57,673 bases of DNA from Candidatus Omnitrophota bacterium. Its GTDB lineage: Bacteria > Omnitrophota > Gorgyraeia > VGKN01. Where the stretch lies: contig JAZDNB010000022.1 in the NCBI GenBank assembly GCA_043800345.1, forward strand, positions 1-57,673, given 5' to 3'. Below, piece after piece: positions 50,901 through 57,673 of the stretch. The notes under the pieces are model-generated. The model worked only from the letters and a program-made list of their open reading frames with translations, ran no database searches and was not told the origin of the DNA. A program made the translations under genes and the position numbers. How positions within the stretch are numbered: the stretch's first letter is position 1; the number at the start of each line of letters is the position of its first letter.

Positions 50901-53900
50901 CCTGAACTGTCAAATGCTATAAACCTTAGGTTTTCAGGAAGCGTGGAATAAAACCACTGGGTCAATAACATTTTTTCTTCGTCGGTTAATTTTTCAAGAT
51001 CGCTAGAAAGTTTTGCTCTAGCGGTCCTGTTATATTGCTGTATGCTATCTTGAAATAATTTCTGATTTTGGCTAAAAACCATGACCAATTCTTGCACTCG
51101 TGATTCGGTCAGTACACCGTTTAAATCCAGTATACCGGTCTGGAAAAATTCATTCAAAAGAGGCGCTACCTTGGGGTTTAAGTGCATATAATTATACAAA
51201 AATGCCACATAAGGGGTATCGGGATGAAGGCGCGCGGTATATATTAATTCGGGTATTATACCTACGCCCATTTCAAACTCTATTTTCATCGTAGCCTGCA
51301 ACTGCCGTAATCGCTCATCAGCAGGCAATTCTTCTGCCTCCGACTCCTTGGTAACCAACCCTCCCACAAGCTGTCTCTTATTATGAAAATAACTTAAACT
51401 GATGGGTATTATCGTGGGACTGCCGAGCGTTTTCTTTATATCATCCTCTGTCTCTTGCTGATAATTCGCGCCGTTGGTAAATACGAAAAGAGCTCTTTTG
51501 CTTACAAGCAGCTTTCGCCTGAGCACATCGATAGGGCTTGGCGACGAAACGAAATATTTATAATTCTTTCCGGTAATGGTACGCGCTGTTTCTATATCAC
51601 CAATATTATGCCATACAAATATATAGTTATCTTCAAGCGCATGGCTAAGCGCCTCTTCTACGGTACTGCCTTCGTTAAGATATACAAAGAATGCCTCTAC
51701 GGTACGGACAAGCGCCCTTTTAGTAATATCCTGGCCTGAGACAAAAACGTCTTCGCGCACCGCACTTCTGAAGGCATTGTGAATAGAGGATAAACTATCA
51801 ACGAGCTGATCTAGCACACCGACATCAACTGTCTTGGCTGATTCTTTATTACCTTTAGCAAGGAGGTCTCTACATACTTTCGGGATTTCTTCGGAAGGAA
51901 TTTGCATATAGAAACGGACTAGATTGGCAGCAATGGAACGGGGGAGCGGTTCTCTTCCCTGGAACGTATCGGGATTAACGGTAAATAACCACAGGTTATT
52001 CTGGTCTATCGGAAGCGTCCTGAAGAGTTCGGCTGTTTCGGTATCCTGAAGAGGAAATTCGGGAAGATATTTCATGGGACGAGCCATAATTTCAGGATAT
52101 AACCAGTAATACAGTCCCTGACAGGTATTAATCTCATCCATAAGATGGAGATTTCCGGGGGTCTTTGCCGATGTCAGATAGCGCGGCTTAGAAATATAAT
52201 ACCTTCCGTACACATCGGGCGTTATCTGTCCGACAAACTGGGAAAGGTTTGTGTCTTCGTTTACCGTATAATGATTAAGGTTGTATCCGATTATCTTTGC
52301 AAAGGCCTTTCCTATTTCGGTTTTCCCCTCTCCGGACGGACCTTCCAGCTGAATCGCCACATGCCTGTAGCGTAATGTCCTGGCAAGCTGCGCAAAAATC
52401 CAACATTCGGTATCCGATATAATAAATCCTGTGAAGGCGAATATTAATTCTTCCGGGCTTAAGGAAGGATGCTGCGCTATAAAATCCCTAAAATCTCCGG
52501 AGATATCCAGCGCTACGTCCCCAAAATATATTTTACCTTCCTTTACCGTTATGGCAGGCGGTTTTGGCAGCGCCACAGTTGTGTATATACATTTTGCCAG
52601 CGATTCTTTTGATTTTTTGGTCATGACCTTCAGAGACAGATATCCGTATGTTTCTCTTTTAATCACTTCTTCTTCCGGACACTGTAAATCCTGCGCAACT
52701 CCGTAAATTGCTTTTGCTATCTGGACAATATCAAAAAAGAGCGTTCCGGATACATCAGCACTCTTTGTTTTCTTAAGCTGTCCATAGATATCAAGGAGTG
52801 TTTCTGCCGTCTCTTCGGAAACGTTGGTTTCTGCCTTTAGATATTTCATCATATCGGTATAAGAAGGATCCGGCACATACTGACGTATAGGCCTATCCAT
52901 AAAAGATGAATCCTTTATTTCGGAATCTTTGTGCATAGTAAAGACAATATGGACGTTGGCAGGCAAACTTATACTTATACCAAGCTCGGGTACTTCTACA
53001 ACGTTTTCAAGCAGCACCGGATTGAACTGGACCCTTACTCTGTCAGGCATGCCTTCTACATTCTCAAATAACAGGAAAAATTGTTCTCCTCTTTTCTTAA
53101 TCGCTTCATCCCGCACCAGCTTTAATATGCCGTCATACCACTTCATTTCTTTTTCCCAGTCATCGCCGTAGCGCAAGGCACAGCTTACCGCTGCTCGCAA
53201 TACGCTATCGGAAGAAAATTCCGAGCCCCAGCGCTTGAAATATTCCTCGATAAGGTTTGCGTCATGTCCCAGGCGAAGTACTCTGTCGAGCGCCTGTTTT
53301 ATATCATCATCCGTTGCCTTTCCTAATAAATACCGTATCTCATCTTCCCGGGGTATGCTCAGCGGAAGGTACATCCCGAAGAAATGCCTGCGTGCGGTAA
53401 ACTGGCTCATGGGAAGGCGCAGTAGATTCCTACCCGGCCTCATCAGGGCCTCCATTGCCTTATCTACCACATCAAGCGAGCTATCGGAAGTAAAGAGGAT
53501 AAGCGGTTTTTGTGCCTGCGCTGCCCTTTCAATCTTGGCTCTTGTTGCGCGTACTATCTTGATTTCATCTTCGTTTACCTGGCTCGATAAATCTTCGTAT
53601 GTTCCGTACCGTATAAGATTTTCGATAACCTTCCTGAGATTTGCAGACCGCAAAAGAGGTGAATCTACGGCTGCGATTTTGAGAAAATCATGGTATGTGC
53701 GGATATTTTTTTCAAGGATATCAACGAACATCTGGAGGGTATCCTCATCGGTAATGAGGAAACCGTAGATATTGGCTGCGGTAACGATAAAATACTCAAG
53801 TACGTTTTCAAGACTCCCCTTCTGCAGATAGAAACGGCTGAAGTCGATATTGAATTCTTTGAGTTCCCTGAAGGTAAATGCAAACTTCGGATTGCCGGCA

Positions 53901-56900
53901 TACTTTTTCTTTGCCATCTCAAGGAGCTCGTCATTTAAATCAATACTGAGATTGATGATCGTATCTTGGTCAGTATCGGAAAGTTTTTCTTCGGCGCGCC
54001 TTACTTCCTTTAAAATAAAGCGGTTGATGACCGCTTTAAACGGACCTTCTGCGTTATTATTAATAATGTCATTGAACTCTCCGTATGAAAGCCCTACTAC
54101 TACTTCCTTAAGCTCTTTTCTTAATTTCAGATATAGATACATTGCATAAGGTTCTTCGTGAAAATTTACCATGGTGACTTCTCTGAAAAGTTCATCGATA
54201 GGAGTCATCTCCGCCTTAGGGTCCACCATGGACTTCGGCACCAATAATTTTATTACCTTCTCTTCGGATAGATCGCTCAACTGTAATACATCTGCCGCGC
54301 GGTCTATAAAGTTAACCATGCTTATCTCATTGGGTCTCATGCCTTTCTTTTTAATATCAGCAGCGATACCATTAAAAAACGACTTAATAAGATGGTCGCT
54401 GTTTGCATTAACCAGTATTTGTAACGCCTCGTTTAGATAAGGAAGGTCTGCCTGTATAATCCAATCATTCTGTATCAGATTTTCAAATATTTTATATATG
54501 CTATCCGCCGTAGCAGGAGGTGGCATTGCGTTGATTTTTTTGCAAATTGCCGTTATCTGTTCAAAATTAGCGCCTGCAATTATCCCCTTTGACACCATGG
54601 CAACCATAAGCTTCCAAGGAATGTCGCTACTCAGTACCTCGGCAAGAATCTGTTGCAGGGTAGCGGGAATACCGGACAGCGCAGCAATTAATACGGCAAG
54701 TTCTCCGGCAGTAAGTTTTTGCCTCAATGTTGTATCCCGGCTCATTGCCTGGATAATAACCTTCATAATCGCAATTTGGATTGATGCGGATACGGTAGGA
54801 CCAAGTTTGGCACGGGCTTCGAGTAATACACTCAGATGTTCGCTCGTTAAGGTAAGTTTACTATTATTATTAAGCGCCCCGTGGATTGCCTCGGCAATCC
54901 ACTCTTTTACCTTAGGAGGTGCGCTCTTAAAAAATCCAATTATAGGATTGATAAGGGATTCGTTTAATACATATGCCCTTGTTAACGCTGCAATAAACTT
55001 ATCTTTATGAGAAATAATCCCGGGAATTTCAAACCGGGCGAAAAACACATCGGTAAGTTCCGTATTGTATGCCATTGCAGCTCCTGTTGCCAAAGTTAAG
55101 AAGTCGTGTGTTTCTTTTAATACTTTCTGAGGTTTGCTCATACCAATGTACTGAGCAGTATCCCGTTCCAGCAATGCCAACAGAAACTCAAACCGCTCTT
55201 TCGACACCATAAAACCTTTTGTATTTTCCAATGCCTTTAAAATAGCAAAAACACACTCCCTTTCAGTAAGAGGAGAATCGGCATGCTCTATCGCTTTCCA
55301 TAATATATCAAATTGTTCGGCAGTTATGCTAAGTGCGGGATTATTTTTTAATACAAGACCAACCGAAGCGACAGCAGCCTGAAGCGTAGCGGCTGAAGAA
55401 GTTTCCATAACCTGCATAAGCAGCGCAAGACTGGAGGAGTCCAACATAAGTTTCGTGTTCTTCTGTAGGACATCTTGTAAAAATAGGAGAAGTTCCTCCT
55501 TTAAATCTCCCTCAATGAACGGCAGAATTCTACAAAGGGTATTACACATATCTTGATTAAGATTTCTCTGTTCCTTCAGATAATTGGCAACAACCCAGCA
55601 AAGTAACTTTTTAATGTCATCTGAAGCGCTGCGTTCAATATGCTGGACTAAAAGTGCAACAAGATCCCCGTTATTAAGAATGGTCTTTGATAAGAGTATT
55701 GCAGAAGTAGCCTGTTGCGTTGAAGAAAGCTCGGGAAGCGCTCTGATGATAACCTCGGCATGCCGTTCGGTTGGTTTTAAGGCCCGATTCTGGGTTAATA
55801 CGTTTTCGATAATTACTTCTACCTGGACATTGTGTTCATAGTGTTTATCAGTCCCTTCTCCTGTCTCGGTGTATAAGAGAGGATACAACACGTCAAGATG
55901 GGAGGCGGTAAATGTTTCAAAAAGTGCCTTGTTATTATCGGAGGAGAAAACTTTCAGAGAATCATTTATAATATCACATATAACCAGTCTCATCTCTGGG
56001 GAAGCGATTATAAGTGCATCAACCATACTATCGAGCAATTCCGGGTACATCTGCAGGGCCAGTCGGAACATCCCACCCATTGATTCTCTATAAGGGCTTT
56101 TTGACTGCTCATAATATATAAGAAGTGGCTTAAGAAGATCGGGGTTATTGCTAACTGCTATTGACCCTATGACGCCGAACCATTCTTCGAGAAGGGAAAA
56201 ATCAACCTTGCTCAAGCTTTCAAAATATGTAAAAAATTCATTGAGTTGCTGCGGTTTATTGGCAATTGAAAGAGCAATTACCTCCGATAAGGAATCTAAC
56301 ATATCAACCTCTTCTACTATCGTTTTACCTTTCTTCCCCAATTCGGAAAGCGCCGATAGAAGAAGTGTCAGATTTCCCGACGAGAGGGCCAGAGCTGCAT
56401 TATGTTGCAAGAATGCGCTGATGGTATCTACAATGTACCCTCTGATATAAAAATCGGATGTATCTCTGAAGACATCTAAGAGCATATCGAGCTGTTCGGG
56501 GGTAGTTTTAATACCCGGATTTTTATGCAATATTCCGGCAATGATAAGGGCAAGCGAGCGCTCATGTTCGTCCTTTGCCCCTCTAAACCGGTCAAAGATA
56601 AGCAAAAATTCTTCATTGCTTAAGGGCACATCCGAAAACGCCTTTGCAATCCAATTCAGAAGATCCTTATCGGTAACGGCAAGGAAATAATCAAGCAGTG
56701 GTTCAATAAGCGTCTTATCGAGGGTCAGGGCATTATTTATAATAGAAGCCGCATATTGTTTTGCTGCATCGGAGGATTTTGCAACAACGTCAAGTAGCAC
56801 GTTAAGATATTCTTTTTCTTTAGATATAACCGTACCTGAAACTGCCGAGAGGAATATTTTTGTCTTTTCGTCCGATGAAGGGTCTTCCAGATAACGAACT

Positions 56901-57673
56901 ATATTACCAATAAGCCCATTATTGTTATGGAGGGCCGTTGAAAGCATATATACTGCCGGTGATCCCGCAGGCACTTGAATAACTGTCTGAAATGTATAGT
57001 CCTTTGGAGGTTGCGGTTTAGATGAAATCATGTCCTCAAATTCTATGATGCTTATGGAGTTATCTCCATAGTTAGTAACAAAAAGCTTACCCTCTACAAG
57101 GGCAATGCCTAATGGACTTATTAAGCCAAGGCCTGCATCCTTTTCAAATCTGTGGAGTTCTTTTCCTGTAGCGGGGTCTATGACGCTCATGGAGTGGTTA
57201 TTATGGTTAGTAATAAAAAGTTTGCCATTTGCGAAGGTGATGCCTGCCGGTCCGGCTAAGCCAAGGCCTGTACCCAATCCGAATCTATCGAGCTCTTTTC
57301 CCGTAGCGGGATCTATGACGCTGAGAGAGTGGTCATCATAGTTAGTAACAAAAAGTTTGCCATCTGCGAAGGTGATGCCTGCCGGTCTTTTTAAGTCAAG
57401 ACCTGTACCCAGTCCGAATCTATCGAGCTCTTTTCCCGTAGCGGGGTCTATGACGCTGAGAGAGTGGTCATCATAGTTAGTAACAAAAAGTTTGCCATCT
57501 GCGAAGGTAATGCCTGCCGGTCCTTTTAAGTCAAGACCTGTGTCTTTGCCGAATCTGCGGAGCTCTTTTCCCGTAGCGGGGTCTATGAGGATGATGGAGT
57601 CATCCAAAGAATTAGTGACAGCAAGGATGCCTTCGAAAATGATAATTCCGTCAGGGTCATTTAAATCAAGGCC
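44981..57673 (-). CDS. Giant (>=4230 aa, 5'-truncated) midasin-like protein: NHL repeats, helical solenoid, six AAA+ modules, HExxH, acidic tract, VWA/MIDAS
   Basis: Frame stays open past the track start (TTG 57607) to the window edge (GLDLNDPDGIIIFEGILAVTNSL). Walker A GPSGEGKT, GYQGGGKT, GESGTGKT; Walker B LMDE, NADE, LLDE; three further degenerate AAA-like modules; HELGH; VDISGS...TDG...IVFIGIG. Confidence 0.85.
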   Translation of the reverse strand, partial: GLDLNDPDGIIIFEGILAVTNSLDDSIILIDPATGKELRRFGKDTGLDLKGPAGITFADGKLFVTNYDDHSLSVIDPATGKELDRFGLGTGLDLKRPAGITFADGKLFVTNYDDHSLSVIDPATGKELDRFGLGTGLGLAGPAGITFANGKLFITNHNNHSMSVIDPATGKELHRFEKDAGLGLISPLGIALVEGKLFVTNYGDNSISIIEFEDMISSKPQPPKDYTFQTVIQVPAGSPAVYMLSTALHNNNGLIGNIVRYLEDPSSDEKTKIFLSAVSGTVISKEKEYLNVLLDVVAKSSDAAKQYAASIINNALTLDKTLIEPLLDYFLAVTDKDLLNWIAKAFSDVPLSNEEFLLIFDRFRGAKDEHERSLALIIAGILHKNPGIKTTPEQLDMLLDVFRDTSDFYIRGYIVDTISAFLQHNAALALSSGNLTLLLSALSELGKKGKTIVEEVDMLDSLSEVIALSIANKPQQLNEFFTYFESLSKVDFSLLEEWFGVIGSIAVSNNPDLLKPLLIYYEQSKSPYRESMGGMFRLALQMYPELLDSMVDALIIASPEMRLVICDIINDSLKVFSSDNNKALFETFTASHLDVLYPLLYTETGEGTDKHYEHNVQVEVIIENVLTQNRALKPTERHAEVIIRALPELSSTQQATSAILLSKTILNNGDLVALLVQHIERSASDDIKKLLCWVVANYLKEQRNLNQDMCNTLCRILPFIEGDLKEELLLFLQDVLQKNTKLMLDSSSLALLMQVMETSSAATLQAAVASVGLVLKNNPALSITAEQFDILWKAIEHADSPLTERECVFAILKALENTKGFMVSKERFEFLLALLERDTAQYIGMSKPQKVLKETHDFLTLATGAAMAYNTELTDVFFARFEIPGIISHKDKFIAALTRAYVLNESLINPIIGFFKSAPPKVKEWIAEAIHGALNNNSKLTLTSEHLSVLLEARAKLGPTVSASIQIAIMKVIIQAMSRDTTLRQKLTAGELAVLIAALSGIPATLQQILAEVLSSDIPWKLMVAMVSKGIIAGANFEQITAICKKINAMPPPATADSIYKIFENLIQNDWIIQADLPYLNEALQILVNANSDHLIKSFFNGIAADIKKKGMRPNEISMVNFIDRAADVLQLSDLSEEKVIKLLVPKSMVDPKAEMTPIDELFREVTMVNFHEEPYAMYLYLKLRKELKEVVVGLSYGEFNDIINNNAEGPFKAVINRFILKEVRRAEEKLSDTDQDTIINLSIDLNDELLEMAKKKYAGNPKFAFTFRELKEFNIDFSRFYLQKGSLENVLEYFIVTAANIYGFLITDEDTLQMFVDILEKNIRTYHDFLKIAAVDSPLLRSANLRKVIENLIRYGTYEDLSSQVNEDEIKIVRATRAKIERAAQAQKPLILFTSDSSLDVVDKAMEALMRPGRNLLRLPMSQFTARRHFFGMYLPLSIPREDEIRYLLGKATDDDIKQALDRVLRLGHDANLIEEYFKRWGSEFSSDSVLRAAVSCALRYGDDWEKEMKWYDGILKLVRDEAIKKRGEQFFLLFENVEGMPDRVRVQFNPVLLENVVEVPELGISISLPANVHIVFTMHKDSEIKDSSFMDRPIRQYVPDPSYTDMMKYLKAETNVSEETAETLLDIYGQLKKTKSADVSGTLFFDIVQIAKAIYGVAQDLQCPEEEVIKRETYGYLSLKVMTKKSKESLAKCIYTTVALPKPPAITVKEGKIYFGDVALDISGDFRDFIAQHPSLSPEELIFAFTGFIISDTECWIFAQLARTLRYRHVAIQLEGPSGEGKTEIGKAFAKIIGYNLNHYTVNEDTNLSQFVGQITPDVYGRYYISKPRYLTSAKTPGNLHLMDEINTCQGLYYWLYPEIMARPMKYLPEFPLQDTETAELFRTLPIDQNNLWLFTVNPDTFQGREPLPRSIAANLVRFYMQIPSEEIPKVCRDLLAKGNKESAKTVDVGVLDQLVDSLSSIHNAFRSAVREDVFVSGQDITKRALVRTVEAFFVYLNEGSTVEEALSHALEDNYIFVWHNIGDIETARTITGKNYKYFVSSPSPIDVLRRKLLVSKRALFVFTNGANYQQETEDDIKKTLGSPTIIPISLSYFHNKRQLVGGLVTKESEAEELPADERLRQLQATMKIEFEMGVGIIPELIYTARLHPDTPYVAFLYNYMHLNPKVAPLLNEFFQTGILDLNGVLTESRVQELVMVFSQNQKLFQDSIQQYNRTARAKLSSDLEKLTDEEKMLLTQWFYSTLPENLRFIAFDSSGEKPNLSPAEVDRFSPVNISETITSDWVEQYVRKHLNVHMKALPADTKRTIIDYALSVYWLYKTEEEDSIYKHLRISRSDLDTFLSELGEALKKYPQKDPLSLIKEIGYYTLAIGLIPEYLGGIRCHRDMPEKLKSTVSDVVEAPFITDPKNALRYEVGSDGSVYLVVNELLWFKTGFKDLEDVEVIKDKFLAPTEESVRRYASMLIALKHNRSIILEGYQGGGKTSSIEDLSQRIKLPNYNGLMYEDIDIGEAVGRLTIQGKKVILTAAEKDSQGRFLIDFLNAYYRNPEAATGGIYNADEGAMGKNSQELLSLLQSVSQLEELYLGHFHPGLKLRLPRDPNFHLAITQNPSNATKGRSSIPYTIDSQAMKIWVDNRLSEEDCIRILEYYLKDVPQLPMELKYKIARLHRKFLYEHPARDELSPRQLIAFTQLLKKELEKPLKEQDLSRALFQGIMINYLSTVVSENEFNNLWAMIEEIFDGDSLSGELKERLKEWRGTLKVTRTNGTIDFGGIVLSAGNGNADLVPRHDDLRYSSGLDVGSTNKALRDFALALSLGRPVALLEEDGADVADLVKRFSLMSEWELYASDCHYEMTRMHLLESLLPLFDEMDDYGVKTEKISEGLKMALGFLAMHLVREDELERARREGTHANKILFFSYMDTIPERQRVMLHRLLAERNIALIDEKGERVVYVLPEWAHIVVSAPLEHKFSSPFINRFSRIAVRSLKDLSELRDIIKSRYPNVTKKELLWIRAIAVKMYQFDRSGVFNIRYGFSIKDIFEIAALIQREKQKDVDKKSFHPNPLYYCLKAFMLFYLAALEESDKVKFEQELMKDHWLKRFIFRDNQVSDADTDKIYQALKDEITVGLTTISFEEFEHPRIRVDAEEINRGIVLDNGITVIKVEGEIIIQTPGNIYSFKTQDIKDGKLKMLSPTMGVKLLDGKYLVVVCRLLSSIGGQDIPRDTSAKAYSLPPHETTSRSYIEYTNTIRQLMSALIKAFLRIQEPSGRIINPRVVLLNGESGTGKTTLLHSISDIWGIPFYQLNAYEDIRVSDITAELRLEEGKFKVGIKEFLARCGTINGKRVHLPQKQDANRKILLLDEANANPDVLFALMPLFRGERKFSVYFAGEVFEVELDSDVLVVLTFNPAEKYAGRYSIANELSFNAIKLWMPDPLKYNRTDRFNILKEIHRRGIDKVKKELSGQVKQVSFVVPSGVREIKTEPDKIRDISADMPELVSQDEIIDDIIEVEPEGEKTTPKKPRRSVKQKVVISYDKNAINNAISEYAKEQPDAQMPYFIEKILQPFLFALTHRDTEGINVDRLLDIAKKLGIRTEVEQLTALYKEKIIKMSALRRIVLSLRRTIAKGNYFCSMKCLIINKKPYIMITVKGKITQRLKAPDGLDSLLQQGSLEKKNWDEWKVLGNEPQVLVVDSSQGSILGYFEGEFAIALEKPSAEEALLAHVSEQEAIDWTAFHELGHLFQNVIKRRSLKRNIELYSTLFPLLFSSDALKYIEYDLVQRIRNVVAIGGLERARKDYYCQAAKAILNGFAIYMDEHYNSSYRYYMISNFDENFDVSDVTRIFEGIKHYMKQNDIRDAARTFFEEPEKYLSTVEAGKYRIKLAHGKGGLQIEEIQGDLEESPEFDIIDEEDVDEEIEMTEQDKNPDEGIIEEDEEKKRDTEIEDDFYTDAEGGLADKIKELLTISPHLVRDFLNIFAAPEQIVRTPAESGEEIDIILKIMGSLEPFIQVKRLKREGMLSCGITVDISGSVLGNSPLKNSFTQMSDFYTSLFYLAASINRDMEFSLGAIGDKHHLLLDFPDCRNKDSVEKGLGNLWHVPDRGGINTVSVMNGIRRKYATRKDKPNKLEIIFTDGGETSGVSFSELRKQLKALEAELGIDIVFIGIGEGAREVKGYNKFMYFEKTPTSKEMMDIIMKLCIEKASHGKLDDGDLFRLTGVVTQAITKEVLQTRVPYDRTL
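57035..57673 (-). repeat. 135-bp (45-aa) intragenic tandem repeat, NHL/YVTN-type propeller blades, at least 4.7 copies
   Basis: Unit GLDLKGPAGITFADGKLFVTNYDDHSLSVIDPATGKELDRFGLGT; units at 57539-57673, 57404-57538, 57269-57403, 57134-57268 plus a partial unit. Confidence 0.92.

Noticed and set aside
47330-53550. McrB-type restriction GTPase or true dynein heavy chain
   Set aside because: No NxxD GTPase signature or mcrC neighbour was seen, and no long coiled-coil stalk between modules 4 and 5; the terminal acidic tract plus MIDAS fits MoxR/midasin better.
1510-57341. Numerous plus-strand ORFs in the track (e.g. 1510..2121, 32230..32814, 47076..47771)
   Set aside because: They lie antisense to well-supported genes, are Ser/Ile/Phe-rich shadow translations and carry no recognisable motifs.
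57605-57607. TTG at 57607 as the start of the giant gene
   Set aside because: It falls mid-repeat and the frame is open to the window edge.
57134-57673. Diversity-generating retroelement template/variable repeat pair
   Set aside because: The copies are in-frame tandem units, differences are not adenine-specific, and no reverse transcriptase is in the window.
1-57673. tRNA, rRNA, integrase or transposase genes
   Set aside because: None recognisable; intergenic gaps are short and lack tRNA T-loop or rRNA signatures.

Overview
A 57.7 kb bacterial chromosomal segment in which every credible gene (about 44) lies on the minus strand. Most of it is housekeeping, in transcription order: prfB (programmed +1 frameshift), secA, lnt, lysS, lolC/E-lolD, ilvE, mcsA-mcsB-clpC, AsmA/TamB-like gene with mlaE-mlaF-mlaD, radA-yacL-ispD-ispF-cysE-cysS, two sugar ABC permeases, tmk-holB-ricT-metG, nucleotidyltransferase-TPM-lemA, iscS, TatD/radical-SAM fusion, CPBP protease, DUF362 Fe-S protein, two surface-protein genes, mtnA-thiL, tsaE-tsaB-alr and a type IV minor-pilin cluster. 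Lol/Lnt/Mla indicate a diderm. Firmicutes-like synteny, a 'TTYYPAPYG' protein and a giant gene suggest Ca. Omnitrophota or a relative (inference only). The stand-out is a gene of at least 4230 codons, cut by the right window edge. It encodes NHL-type propeller repeats, a long helical solenoid, six concatenated MoxR/midasin-type AAA+ modules, an HExxH segment, a D/E-rich tract and a C-terminal VWA/MIDAS domain, i.e. a midasin (Rea1)-like architecture in a bacterium. The modules alternate strictly: even ones keep Walker A/B and sensor 1 but lack the Arg finger, odd ones show the reverse. Two intergenic regions (thiL-tsaE and the lysS leader) contain nested palindromic elements. All calls are by-eye motif recognition; no searches were run.
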